From contig JBHGNT010000010.1 of assembly GCA_043228905.1 (NCBI GenBank), forward strand, positions 5,146,001-5,210,000: DNA of 64,000 bases, read 5' to 3'. Positions 36,388 through 48,630 of the stretch are shown here, piece after piece. Position 1 is the first letter of the stretch, and each line of letters begins with the position of its first letter. The translations under genes were made by a program, and so were the position numbers. The notes beneath the pieces were generated by a model that did not search any database, was not told the DNA's origin, and was given only the letters and a program-made list of their open reading frames with translations. Origin of the DNA: Azolla caroliniana (lineage: Eukaryota > Plantae > Polypodiophyta).

Positions 36388-36842
36388 TATTATCGATCAT
36401 AGTACTAATGTAAGCTTAAGATAAGGATAATGAAAAGATAGATAGAAAGGAGAAAGAGAAAGAAGGGTGCCGATCCACCTGACCACCCCCGAGCGAAGGG
36501 ATCGAGACGGACTCGAGCCTCGATCGGCGTCCCATACCACCGCCGTGGCGTCGAGTCGTACCTGGTGCTGGCGCGCTCGCTACAAGAGTTGACCCACCAC
36601 ACGAGCAGAGTCTCGATGTAGTCAAAAGATCATCAAATGAGGGTAGCTAGGCCTCTTATTTATAGCGAAACCCAAGGCCCCCAGGCAAGTTCACACTTGA
36701 CCTAATGGGTTGTCTCAATCCCGAGGATTAAAAGTAATCCTCCCCTTCTTTACACTCTCCTTTAACCCTCACACTTATCCACGTGTATAGAATACTACGG
36801 TAAATTCTTACCACGGGATATTATATGGTCATGCCCGTAACA
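36388..36842 (-). repeat. 3' LTR of chromovirus
   Basis: Direct repeat of 42951-43405. Confidence 0.96.
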
Positions 36843-39800
36843 TACTCCCCCTCTTTAAAACATTGCACTCTTGCAATGGAAAGTTAGGGAAGTTAGTTCT
36901 AAGTGTATTTTCGCGTTCCCATGTGGCATCTTTTATTGATTTATCCATCCATTTTATTTTGAATTCTCGGATTTCTTTAGTACGTAATTTTTTTGTTTTA
37001 ACATCGAGAATTCTTTCTGGTACATGTGGTTTAGAAGATAATTCTTCAGAAGTAACCAGAGTTTCAGTCGTAGCTGTATTGTCGCCAGAACCTAGAAGTT
37101 CTTTTAGACGACTCACATGAAAGACTGGATGAATTCCGACACCATCGGGAAGAGCGAGACGATAGGCTGATGACCCAATGCGTTTGAGGACTGTAAAAGG
37201 TCCACAAAACCGTGGGGCTAACTTAGCGCACTTACCCGTAGACAATGTCTTAGAATTGTGAGGTACACGTAAAAATACCTTCTGTCCAGGGTTGAATACA
37301 CGAGGTTGCCTATGATGATCGGCATAAAAACGCGCTCTATCTTGAGCTGTTTTTATATTATCTCGTGCAATATGCAACATATCTTGCATATCCCAAAGAA
37401 AGTTTTGCGTACTTCGCAACTCATCATGATGTATAGTAACATCAATCGGGGCTCGTGGCTGAAAACCATACATCAACATAAAAGGACTATATCCCGTCGA
37501 CGTATGCTTGGAGCTGTTATAAGCAAACTCCAAAATTGGGAGATAACGTTCCCATTTTGTTGGTTTTGCACCAACGTATGCTCGAAGCATGTCCTCAATA
37601 ATTTGATTTACTCGTTCTGTCTGTCCATCGGATTGAGGATGATCCGTGGAGCTCATGCTCAATGTAGTTTCTAACTTCTTAAAGACCTGTGTCCAGAAGT
37701 CACTAGTAAACTTTGGATCTCGATCACTCACGATATCCATCGGTAACCCATAAAAACGAAACAATTCGTCAACGAATTGGTAAGCCAATTCAGGAGCTGT
37801 TACCGTGGTTTTAGTAGCAATAAATCTGGCCATTTTAGTTAGTCGATCAACGACAACCCAGATGGCATCATGACCTTTTTGGGTGCGAGGAAGGCTAACA
37901 ATAAAATCCATGGATATACTTTCCCACTTATTATTGGGAATGTCCAAGGGATGTAAAAGTCCTGCGACTTTAAGTCGCTCGGCTTTGTTAACCTGACACT
38001 GGTGACATTTAGTCACATAGCTATGTATGTCAGGACGCATCTTAGGCCAATAAAATTGAGTGGAGATGAGAACGAGTGTACGATGTATTCCAGGGTGCCC
38101 TGCTGAGGGTGCATCATGGCATTCAAAAAGAATCCTCTTTTTGACCTCGGGTAAATCTGGAACACAAACCTTCCCATTACGGTAGAGCAAACCGTTAGCA
38201 ATGTGGAAGTATTCCTTCGAGGATGTGGTGGTGTCTGTTCCAGACTCAACTCTTGCCCAATATTTTGCGAAATAACTGTCATCAGGATACTTTCCTCGAA
38301 GGTGATCATAAAGATCTGATGATATTTCAGTGAAGCTAAGCGTGTTAACTTCACGGATGCGACTTAGTGCATCAGCGACAGTGTTCATGGAACCTTTACG
38401 ATATCGTATGGAAAAATCAAAGTCCTGGATGAGATCAGCCCATCGTGCCTTACGACCTTTCAGGTCTTGTTGGTCACAAAAATATTTCAAGGACTCGTGG
38501 TCCGTAGTTACCACAAAGTGATTTCCATAAAGATAATGGCGCCATGTTTTGAGCGCATGTATAACTGCAAATAATTCCTTTTCTTGAACGGTATACCGAC
38601 ATTGAGCAGAATCAAGTTTCTTACTCTCGAATGCTATCGGTTTACCATCTTGATACAAGACAGCACCTATAGCGTAATCGCTGGCATCGGTTTCAACCTC
38701 AAAAGGTTTTGAAGGATCGGGTAAAAGAAGTGAAGGAACCTTGCAAACCAGGTCCTTGAGTTCCGTAAAGGCAAGGTCTAGTGTAGCATTCCACACAATA
38801 GGTTTTGTAGACTTACGCGTTTGACCTTTTAAAAGATCAGTAAACGGCGTCGTCAATTGGGAGTAATTACGAAGAGACTTTCGCAAAAACCCCACAAAAC
38901 CAAGGAATGATCGAACTTCTCGAATATTCCGAAGAGTGGGCCAAAGCTTGATTTTCTCAATGCGAGAAGGATCAATTTCAACTCCTCGTTCGGTTATGAG
39001 ATGTCCTAGATAAGTAATTGATTTCTTGAAGAACTCACATTTTGAGATCTTCGCATAAAACTGTTTGTCACGCAATGTTTGTAAAACAAAGCGGACATGT
39101 CTAGCATGTTCTTGTAATGTACGGCTATAAACTAAAATATCATCCAAGAAAATAACGACAAATTTTCCAAGTTGTTCTCGGAAAATGTCATTCATTTCTT
39201 GTTGAAAAGTAGCCGGAGCATTGGTCAAACCAAAAGGCATAACCAAAAACTCGTAATGGCCATAGCGCGTACGAAATGCCGTTTTAGGAACATCGTCCTC
39301 ACTTATTCGTATTTGATGGTAGCCAGTACGGAGATCAAGTTTCGTAAAATACCGAGCTCCCTGGAGACGGTCAATTAGATCGTCAGCCCGGGGCAATGGA
39401 TACGAATTCTTGATCGTCACTTTATTCAAGCGTCGGTAATTAATACACATACGCCATGTGCCCTCTTTCTTTTTAACCAAGAGAACTGGTGCACCCCATG
39501 GAGATTTACTATAACGTATATAACCCATTCGTAAATAGTCCTTGAGTTGCTTAGATACCTCATCTTCTTCGGATCGACTTAAGCGATACGGAGGTATACT
39601 TATTGGTGCAACACCAGGTACAATATCTATACGATGGTCTATATTACGTTTAGGAGGTAACCCATCAGGTAGTTCACTTGGAAAAACATCATGAAAATCA
39701 TTTAAGATTTCATCAAGTTGTTGTTGTTCAAAATATGTTAATTGAATCGGGACATTATCGATATTGTAAACGTGAATGTCCGGATCAAGTACACAATAAA

Positions 39801-41262
39801 ATAACGTAGAACAAGACAACTCGGATATTGATGGACACGAGGAAACAATCGAGAGGGATTGTTTTTTTACACATTGAATAAAATGCGTACAATCGTTCAG
39901 TACAAAAGAAATGGAATGACGAACCCAATCAATAAATAAAGAAGAGTTTTTATTATAAAACCAGGGATAACCCAGTATTACATCGGTGGTACAAAGATTC
40001 ATTACATGGAAGTCTACTTCCTCTATATAAGTATCAATAGAAATTCCTAATGAATGAATCGCCCCGTTGATGTATTGTACTCTTCCATCAGCCAAGTGCA
40101 CCGTGTAGGTGTGATCACTTACGGTGGGTTGGATTCCCCATATCTGAACCAAACGATCATTCACAAAATTGTGTGAGCTTCCCGAATCAAATAAAAATTG
40201 TACGGGAGATCCATTGATATACCCGTTTGCACGTAGTAAATCATTGGGACCCAATACATAGTGAGGGAAAGAACATTGACAATTACTTAAATGATGTGTA
40301 TAGACCTGAAGGACATTAGGAATCTGACCTTTATGGTCTGCAGCTTTAGCTTTGTTGTCGTGCTCTTTCCGTTGGAGCTTTCGACATTGATCTTTTGTAT
40401 GACCCTTCTTTTTGCAGAATACACAAAAAGGATGTTGTCGCTTACAATCGCGATCCAGGAATTCGTTGGGTGTCTTGCGTTTCCCAACAAATTGCGACTG
40501 CTTAGTCCCGGGCGCTTCGTTGGGTTTGTTATGGTCCTTCTTCGAAGTGCGTTGATAGCGAAGAACTATTTCAACGGCCTCTTCGAAGGATTTTGGATCC
40601 TTATCGTGCACTATCCAGTGATAGTCCGAATTGGGGATGCCATTGACAAAACAAGCTATCAACCAATTGTCCCCTTCTAGACCCGATTTTTGGATTTGGG
40701 TTCTAGCATGGTGAACATAGTCTTCTAGCGAGGAAAATTTCCTGCTAGAGAGGTTCATTAAAGCTTGTGCTGCCTCGGTTCGAGAGGGAGGTTGCAGAAA
40801 TTGGCCCTTAAAAACCGTGACAAAATCTGTCCAGGTATCGGGCAATTTCCCCATAGTACGGAGGCCACGCCACCAGGCGGCGGCCTTACCCCCGAGTTCT
40901 CGGCCGACATATGCAATCTTCGTACTATCTGGCGTGGGATAGAGCTCAAAATGAGACTCCCATCGTCCCAGCCATGTGCAGATTGCTTCTTCGGTTCTTT
41001 CCTTTTTGTCTCCCGTAAATGGCTTAACGACAAATGATGGTTCACCTTGTCGCTCATCAGGTCTATTAGTCTCACGTTGTAGGCTAATGACACGTGCCTC
41101 AAGAGCACTCTGAGATTGCCGAAGTTCGGTCATCTGTTGAGCGGTGAAACTAAGGAATTGGGTTATTTGTGCCAAATACATCTCAGTGGACATTTGTCCA
41201 GGAGGATTCCCTTGAGTTCCTTCCGCTTGAGCGGATGACATCGGGTCGTTAATTTGAGCCAT
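36829..41262 (-). CDS. Gag-Pol polyprotein, 1477 aa (Gag, CCHC, protease, RT, RNase H, integrase, chromodomain)
   Basis: Uninterrupted ORF: [32 protein letters not shown], HxxxxxxH..CxxC, SMDF..SDRD..QTE, GPF, PERILD...KIKW...DATWE. Confidence 0.96.
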   Translation of the reverse strand: MAQINDPMSSAQAEGTQGNPPGQMSTEMYLAQITQFLSFTAQQMTELRQSQSALEARVISLQRETNRPDERQGEPSFVVKPFTGDKKERTEEAICTWLGRWESHFELYPTPDSTKIAYVGRELGGKAAAWWRGLRTMGKLPDTWTDFVTVFKGQFLQPPSRTEAAQALMNLSSRKFSSLEDYVHHARTQIQKSGLEGDNWLIACFVNGIPNSDYHWIVHDKDPKSFEEAVEIVLRYQRTSKKDHNKPNEAPGTKQSQFVGKRKTPNEFLDRDCKRQHPFCVFCKKKGHTKDQCRKLQRKEHDNKAKAADHKGQIPNVLQVYTHHLSNCQCSFPHYVLGPNDLLRANGYINGSPVQFLFDSGSSHNFVNDRLVQIWGIQPTVSDHTYTVHLADGRVQYINGAIHSLGISIDTYIEEVDFHVMNLCTTDVILGYPWFYNKNSSLFIDWVRHSISFVLNDCTHFIQCVKKQSLSIVSSCPSISELSCSTLFYCVLDPDIHVYNIDNVPIQLTYFEQQQLDEILNDFHDVFPSELPDGLPPKRNIDHRIDIVPGVAPISIPPYRLSRSEEDEVSKQLKDYLRMGYIRYSKSPWGAPVLLVKKKEGTWRMCINYRRLNKVTIKNSYPLPRADDLIDRLQGARYFTKLDLRTGYHQIRISEDDVPKTAFRTRYGHYEFLVMPFGLTNAPATFQQEMNDIFREQLGKFVVIFLDDILVYSRTLQEHARHVRFVLQTLRDKQFYAKISKCEFFKKSITYLGHLITERGVEIDPSRIEKIKLWPTLRNIREVRSFLGFVGFLRKSLRNYSQLTTPFTDLLKGQTRKSTKPIVWNATLDLAFTELKDLVCKVPSLLLPDPSKPFEVETDASDYAIGAVLYQDGKPIAFESKKLDSAQCRYTVQEKELFAVIHALKTWRHYLYGNHFVVTTDHESLKYFCDQQDLKGRKARWADLIQDFDFSIRYRKGSMNTVADALSRIREVNTLSFTEISSDLYDHLRGKYPDDSYFAKYWARVESGTDTTTSSKEYFHIANGLLYRNGKVCVPDLPEVKKRILFECHDAPSAGHPGIHRTLVLISTQFYWPKMRPDIHSYVTKCHQCQVNKAERLKVAGLLHPLDIPNNKWESISMDFIVSLPRTQKGHDAIWVVVDRLTKMARFIATKTTVTAPELAYQFVDELFRFYGLPMDIVSDRDPKFTSDFWTQVFKKLETTLSMSSTDHPQSDGQTERVNQIIEDMLRAYVGAKPTKWERYLPILEFAYNSSKHTSTGYSPFMLMYGFQPRAPIDVTIHHDELRSTQNFLWDMQDMLHIARDNIKTAQDRARFYADHHRQPRVFNPGQKVFLRVPHNSKTLSTGKCAKLAPRFCGPFTVLKRIGSSAYRLALPDGVGIHPVFHVSRLKELLGSGDNTATTETLVTSEELSSKPHVPERILDVKTKKLRTKEIREFKIKWMDKSIKDATWERENTLRTNFPNFPLQECNVLKRGSMLRA

Positions 41263-42439
41263 TAAAGATTATTTCTGGAAAAGAAATAGGATAAGGTCAG
41301 AGATATAGTCATAACATCTTGTCGTGATGTAAACATATCATGGGCGAGCATTAATCGATATCATTATCTCACGTCAATACCCCTCTAGACGTATGAGATG
41401 AGGTTCAAGATCAGGTTACTATGGTAACACAAAGGTGTTTTAAAAACCATGGGGGTGACAAATAAATGTCTTTCCCTGATCTCTATATCGATTTTTTCAT
41501 GGTGGCTCCCCGAGGCTCAACCATGTATGTTCGCGTCATGAATAGTTTATACACGAAAAAAAATGTTAACAATAAACTATGTTTCGGTGCCCACATAAGT
41601 GGTTTCGGCTCTTTAAGTCCTATTACGAGGACCCCGAGGTGCACTTAGACCTTAAGTCTAAACATGTGTTATAGTCATATGTATCAAGGATGTTGTATGG
41701 TCTTGGTCATATTTGAACTCGAGACCTCGAGAACAAATACATTAAACACTTGAGCCAACCAAGTAAGTTGCTCTTCTCGAATGCTTAATGTTTGATGCGT
41801 ATAAGAGATATGCGAGGCAATTGATCATATACGTTTTTTTAAAAGAACATATATGTCAAGGGTCCTTATTTCGCCCTCATTTACCAACACTATGTTGGTA
41901 CGTTACCTAACCTCAAGTCTCGTAATTACGATGGCATATGTCAAAGGGCAACCTAATGGTCAAGCCAAATGAGCCCTCGTTTCGTAGTAGGCTCACGTGG
42001 GCCATCACATGGTCACGTCATTACGAATGCCTCTCGTAAGAACGAGCTCATGGTGGCATCGTATCCATGTAACGAGGGAAGGATGTTGGATACGTGCGTC
42101 ATTGGAGCGACCTCACTTGAAGTGGGTCAAGCCCTACGTACTCAACATCATTTTGGCTATTGGCGTTTCTTTACGTAACGAAATCGAGGTCGTCAACGGG
42201 GTTATCAACAATAAAAAAATGTTGAAAAAGGGATGGTGACAACGCCATTCTCACAAAAATGTGAGGACGGCCACCAACATCCTTTTCCCGATCATGACAA
42301 CTTTCGATATAATCACGTAATAACGAATATACACATATGGTTACTTATCACATATATACGATCAAATACGTATATATGTGACCACATATGCCTATATTCA
42401 ACATATCGTTATAGTAAATAGCCACAAATGATGTGATCG

Positions 42440-42710
42440 AGATACGTAATCGAGGTATATACCTCTACGCACACGAAACATCCACAAATAAGAGATCATC
42501 GTAATACGCAATGGAGGTATTGACCTCTTACGCATACGAGACCAAACGCATATCGTTTACAACAAATCAAGGTATTAAACTCATACGCAAACGTAACATA
42601 TGTTCGTGAACGTAATACGTAATTGAGGTATTAACCTCGTACGCATACGACACTCATCACATATTATTAACATGTCAAACGAGGTATTGACCCCGTGCAC
42701 ATATGTAAAC
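42440..42710 (-). repeat. Five hairpin repeats (period 55-62 bp) in the chromovirus 5' leader
   Basis: Core gaggtattaacctc-like at 42452, 42514, 42569, 42625, 42681, flanked by tacg(t/c)a arms. Confidence 0.8.
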
Positions 42711-42950
42711 GTTTTAGATAATCAATTAAAGACCACTACAACATCATTGATTTAATGAAAAAAATTACATATAAACTAAACACATGATTAGATGGGAGAA
42801 GAGAGAATAGAAAAAAAAATATGGAAAGAGTTACCGAAGTTCTTTGTTGATCGTTGTCTGGATCAAGGCCAACCGCACAATGATCGATCAGCATCAATCA
42901 AAAGACAAATGAAAAACAAAGAAACATTAGTAAAAAAATCTGATACCAAA

Positions 42951-43405
42951 TATTATCGATCATAGTACTAATGTAAGCTTAAGATAAGGATAATGAAAAG
43001 ATAGATAGAAAGGAGAAAGAGAAAGAAGGGTGCCGATCCACCCGACCACCCCCGAGCGAAGGGATCGAGACGGACTCGAGCCTCGATCGGCGTCCCATAC
43101 CACCGCCGTGGCGTCGAGTCGTACCTGGTGCTGGCGCGCTCGCTACAAGAGTTGACCCACCACACGAGCAGAGTCTCGATGTAGTCAAAAGATCATCAAA
43201 TGAGGGTAGCTAGGCCTCTTATTTATAGCGAAACCCAAGGCCCCCAGGCAAGTTCACACTTGACCTAATGGGTTGTCTCAATCCCGAGGATTAAAAGTAA
43301 TCCTCCCCTTCTTTACACTCTCCTTTAACCCTCACACTTATCCACGTGTATAGAATACTACGGTAAATTCTTACCACGGGATATTATATGGTCATGCCCG
43401 TAACA
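42951..43405 (-). repeat. 5' LTR of chromovirus
   Basis: Followed on the minus strand by TT + PBS. Confidence 0.96.
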
Positions 43406-44663
43406 ATAATGGTCTGGTTCATCCTCTCGGCCAACCTGTTGAGTTTAGCCGTCTTCGGCACGGTATACTTGAGTTGGATACCCTTCAACCGACAGTACTA
43501 TTCAAACTGTCCTTGGTATTCTCCACCGTTGTCGGCTCGAACCGTCTTTAGCTTCCGGTTGGTTTCTCTCGACTCTCGCATGAAGCTCCTTGAAGACGGA
43601 CAATACCTAGTTCTTCATCTTCAACTTGGAGACCCACAACTTCTGACTGTGGTCATCTATGAAAGTCACGAAGTACTGCAATCCAACGTGTGACTTCGTG
43701 TCCATGGAGCATACATCGGTATGCACGAGTTCAAGTGGTCCCTTCCTTCTCGTCGGTGGTCTCGACCGGAAAGAGGTTCTGTTTTGTTCACTTCTAAAGT
43801 TGCACATTCTTTACCTTTGGAATGAGGTCATCTTCAGCAAGTCTTCACATCCCCTTCTCACTCATGTGACATAGTTTCTTGTGCCACAAATCATCGACAG
43901 TATTAGCTGCCACATTTGCTTCCAACCAACATATCCGAGCATGCATCAAATATAGAGTGTTAGTCTTTTTAACTCGGGCCGACCGGAGGACGAAGGATTG
44001 GACACCTTACCGACACCGGAACCGACATAGAGATGGGAACATCGGCGGCCAAACAACGGCTACGATTAAGATGGCCTTCACAACAGCCAAAGCGGCAACG
44101 GCCGAGTAGAAACAATCCGATAAATGACGATCGGACGAACAAAAATGTCCCAGAATGGCGGGAAACCAGCCGGAATACCCGGACATTGGCCTGAGTGGTT
44201 GTGGTAGCCAGATAGTGGCTGGAGGGTCGGACAAGGCTTGGGAAATAGTCAAGAAGACTGACGGCCAGATAGCGACCAAGAAGACCGACGATGGAATGAT
44301 GTCGATGGAGCTAGAGACGGCAACCAAAGATGACAACCGATGGATGCCCGGAAAGTCGAATGGCTGGCCGAACAGATGGGCAAAGAAAGAAGGCCGAATA
44401 GAGGCTGGATAACGACCATACAGAAAACCTCTGATTGAGAAAGAGAAAAACGACCACTATCCGGACATGGTCGTTGATTATGGCAGCCACATGGACGACG
44501 ACTAAACAGATATGTAGAAGTAGACGGAAAGAGAACCGACTAAGAGCAATAGAGAAGGTGAAGGAATAGTTGAGATGAGCAAAATGTCACAGACTTACAG
44601 CGGCAAAAGGAGAATATTGTAGGGCTTGCCGGCGACAGTCACTCCGAGAACGAGACATGGCTG

Positions 44664-47600
44664 GTGTTGCAAGAATGCAAGATTACGCTGCCACTAGGAA
44701 GACTCCTACAGCTCGTGCCAAGATTCACGGAAGGACTGAAGACGGCCATGACGGCAGGAGAATCATCACCGGCACCGGTACTCTTCTCAAATCCGGAGGA
44801 GGGACCAACGGTGGTGGACACCAACAGTCCGGTAATCACTGCCATTGTAAAAGGGAAAGAACTCCCCGGCACAGTTATAGAGGGAGGCTCCGGGGTGAAT
44901 GTAATAAGCCTCCGGACGTGTGATGCCCTGGGAATCCACGAGTGGGAGCTGTGTCCGTTCTGGTTACGGATGGCCGATACAAGCTCAGTGCGGCCGACAA
45001 GATTAATACGAAAATTAGAAGTCACCGTTGACGGTCATACATTTCACATCTCGGCAGTAGTGCTACAATTACAAGCACAAGGCGCATACCCGCTATTGCT
45101 GGGGCGGCCGTGGTTGAAAATGGCACATATCAAACAGAATTGGAGGAAAAATATAATTACCTTCCGGCGAGGAAAAGCTAAGGTACGCGTACCAACACAA
45201 CCAAGGACGAGCACGGCCGAGGAATGTACATCATTGTATGCAGAGTGCGTCAACATGCTAGAAGGGTTAGCTGACGAAGAAGAAGCTCAGTACTTGCAGG
45301 AAAACCCGAAGATCGTACCCCTCTTCGAAATTGACATTGTCGAAGCAGTAGCACCATACTTCCCGCAACCGAAAGAGACTAAAGCAGAACCGGATAAAGA
45401 CGCAATCCGAGAGTTACGGCAAGCGCAGGAAGCGTTGGAACGGGAAATGGCCATTTCACAGCGCGTAAAAGCGTCGCAACTTGAAGAGGTGAACCTAGGG
45501 ACCACGGACGAAGCAAAACCGGTGCACATCGCCAAGGAGATGAAGTCCGAAGAAAAAATCGTGATGATCACACTTCTCACGGAATTTCGCGACGTGTTTG
45601 CCTGGTCATACGAAGACATGCGAGGGCTCGACCCTCAGTTATACCAGCATCAGATTCACTTGAGCAAGGACGCAAAACCAGTGGCATAAAGACGGTACCG
45701 GATGAATCCCAATTATGCCGCCAAAGTCAAGGAGGAAATCGACAAATTGCTAAGAGTTGGCTTTATCCGTCCGGTAAAGAAAGTGACATGGCTGAGCCTG
45801 ATCGTAGTCGTACCGAAGAAGAACGGAAAAATTCGAGTTTGTGTGGACTACCGGAAACTCAATGCGGCTACGGTAACGGATGCGTTTCCACTTCCGTTCC
45901 CAGATGGAGTGTTGGATGTCGTCGCCGTCCATGAGGTCTATAGCTTTCTAGACGGATTAAGCGGGTATAATCAGATCCGGATGCACCCCGACGACCAAGA
46001 GAAAACGGCTTTCGTCACCGAATGGGGGGTGTTTGTGGCCGTGGTGATGATGTTCGGACTCAAAACGGCACCGGCAACATTTCAACGAATCATCATGGAA
46101 ATCTTTGGTGAATATATCCCGGCTTTTATGCAGGTTTTCCTTGACGATTTCATCGTCTATAGCCGGGAGGAGGACCATTTTCAGCACCTCCGTCTTTGTC
46201 TAGAAAAGAGTAGAGCGTACCGGCTAAGCTTGAATCCGGCGAAGTGTGTATTTGGCGTGTCCAGTGGAACCTTACTAGGACATATTGTGAGCCAAGAAGG
46301 CATTGCAGTCGACCCAGACAAAGTGAAAGCCATCTTAGAAGCACCAACGCCAGCAACGGCAAAGGCATTGAGCCGGTTCTTAGGTCAGATCCGGTGGCAC
46401 AGCCGGATGCTTCGATACTTGGCCGACCTGGCTACACTGTTGCATGCCGCCGTACATCGAATACCATTCCAGTGGACCGACACCGAGGATAGGGCGTATA
46501 GGGCCCTCAAGGTACTATTGTCGCAAGCACCGGTAGTACAGCCTTCGGATTGGAGTAAAGAATTTCATGTGTTCGTGGAAGCCTCCGACATCGCAATCGG
46601 AAGCGTACTGATGCAGCTTACGGAGCCAAAGTGGTACCGGCCAGTGTACTATGCCAGGCGAAAGCTATCCCAAGCGGAACGGAACTACTCTACCACGGAA
46701 CGGGAAGCTCTAGGGATGATCTACAGTGTGACAAAGTTTCGGCATTATTTATTGGGAAGGAAGTTTTCCTTCCATGTAGATCATTCGACACTCCTTTACC
46801 TGGTGTCCAAGGCGTCACTCACCGGTAAGTTGGCCCGGTGGACCTTACTGTTACAGCAATTTGAGTTTGAAATATTCCACTGACCCGGTATACAGCATGT
46901 CGTGGCAGATTACTTAAGCCGATTAGAGTCCGGAGAGACGGGTGACGGAGTAGCGGACGAGTTTCCGGATGCGGAGCTGTTTCGAGTCACTACGGAAATG
47001 GCAGCAGATGAGACGGTGGCACAGGAAGACAAGTGGCTCACAAATATGCACCAGTTTCTGAGCACAGGACTGCCTCCGGAAGAGATGAACCAGGACGAAA
47101 GGAAACGCCTGGCGGTGCAAAGCCGACATTTCTGCTTACTGCGAGACACACTTTACCACAAGGGCGCGGACGACATATGGAGACAGGCTGTGCGCAGCGA
47201 TGAAAAGGACCTCATACTGAGGGAAGCCCACTGCGGAGTTGCCGGAGGTCACTATGCCGGAGATGCGACGACCAGGGAAATATGGCAAAGTAGCCTATGG
47301 TGGCCAACGACATTAAGAGATGTTGTACGGTACGCAAAAGAATGTGACCTATGCCAGCGAATGGGCCAGCCAACGGAGCAGGCTCGGATGCCACACCAGC
47401 CTGTACTACCACTCGAACCATTCCAGAAGTGGGGGTTGGACTTTGTTGGACCGTTCAAACCACCGGCAATAAGAACAGGTAATCGATACGTCATCGTCGC
47501 GACGGATTACTGCACGAAATGGGTGGACGCCAAAGCCTTAAGAGACAACACCGCTGCGTCAACGGCAAAATTTCTATACGAGTACATCTGGTGCCGTTAT

Positions 47601-48461
47601 GGATGCCCAATCGAATTAATAAGCGACCAAGGGGGGCACTTTCTTGGCCAAGTAGTTGAAAGCCTGACGACATTCTATGTCGTTGTCCATAAACGGAGCA
47701 CACCCTACTATCCGCAAGCAAACAGGTTAGCTGAATCGACGAACAAAACGCTCCAGAATATCCTCCAGAAGATCATCAACGAAAACCGAACGGATTGGGA
47801 TACCAAGCTACATAGCGCGCTTTGGGCATACCGGACGACATATAAAACGAGCATCCGAACAACACCGTTCCGGTTAGCGTTCGGACTAGAGGCGGTAATG
47901 CCGGTGGAATTCCAAGTACCCAGCTTACGGATCCAGCTACGGGAACGGCTGAACGAGAAGGAGTCGAAGGCAATACGGTTAACAACGGTGTGTGAACTCG
48001 AGGAACAACGACTGGCAAGCATCCTGCACTTAGAATTGGAACAACGGCGACGGAAAGCATTTGTCGACCGGCACAGGAAAGGAAATGAAAAAATGTTCGC
48101 AATCGGCAAGCCGGTGTTAGTATTTCAGACCCGGATGGGCAAGATGCCGAGTAAACTACGGTTTAGATGGACTGGTCCGTATTGGCTGACACGTGAGTAT
48201 AATGGGTCCTACCAGTTAGAGACACTTGCCGGTGAAGTGCTAGATAAATGGGTCAACGGATTCCGATTGAAGCCATATAGAGGACCAATGCCCAAGAACC
48301 CATTTGAGCAAAGGACCGACACCAGTGAGGAAATGACAACCTGTGAGGGGAATGGCAACCACCAAGACGGAGGAGACGGCAAGCCGGTAACAGGGGAGAA
48401 TGAGGCGACGACAATCCGTAATGAGGCCGGTAAGGGTCCGATAGGACCAACGGACAACTAA
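44664..48461 (+). pseudogene. Gypsy pol (PR-RT-RH-IN), one frame with two in-frame stops
   Basis: ORFs 44664-45689, 45702-46883 and 46902-48461 share a frame; CVDYRKLN, FLDD, KWGLDFVGPF, SDQG, GPY; the protease and RNase H Asp positions read Glu. Confidence 0.93.
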
Positions 48462-48630
48462 CCTCAAACCACATTTAAAAAAAAAGAAAAGAAAAAAAAG
48501 AAAAAAAAGAAAGAAAAAAGAAGCGAAGTAATCATGCAAAAGCGAGGTATGAGAGAGAGCGAGGAGCGAAAAGGTACGTAGTGGGCATTTAAGCGCCACC
48601 ACAAGACATAATGCTATTTTAGTACACGAC

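Larger units (their letters stand above)
36388..43405 (-). mobile_element. Intact, very recent Ty3/Gypsy chromovirus nested in the Copia B integrase
   Basis: 455-bp LTRs 36388-36842 and 42951-43405 (one difference seen), TSD ataat, PBS tggtatcaga 42939-42948, PPT ~36845-36856. Confidence 0.97.

Noticed and set aside
42440-42710. True CRISPR array in the retrotransposon leader
   Set aside because: Repeats are degenerate, linkers are short and AT-rich, and there are no cas genes; kept only as an RNA hairpin array
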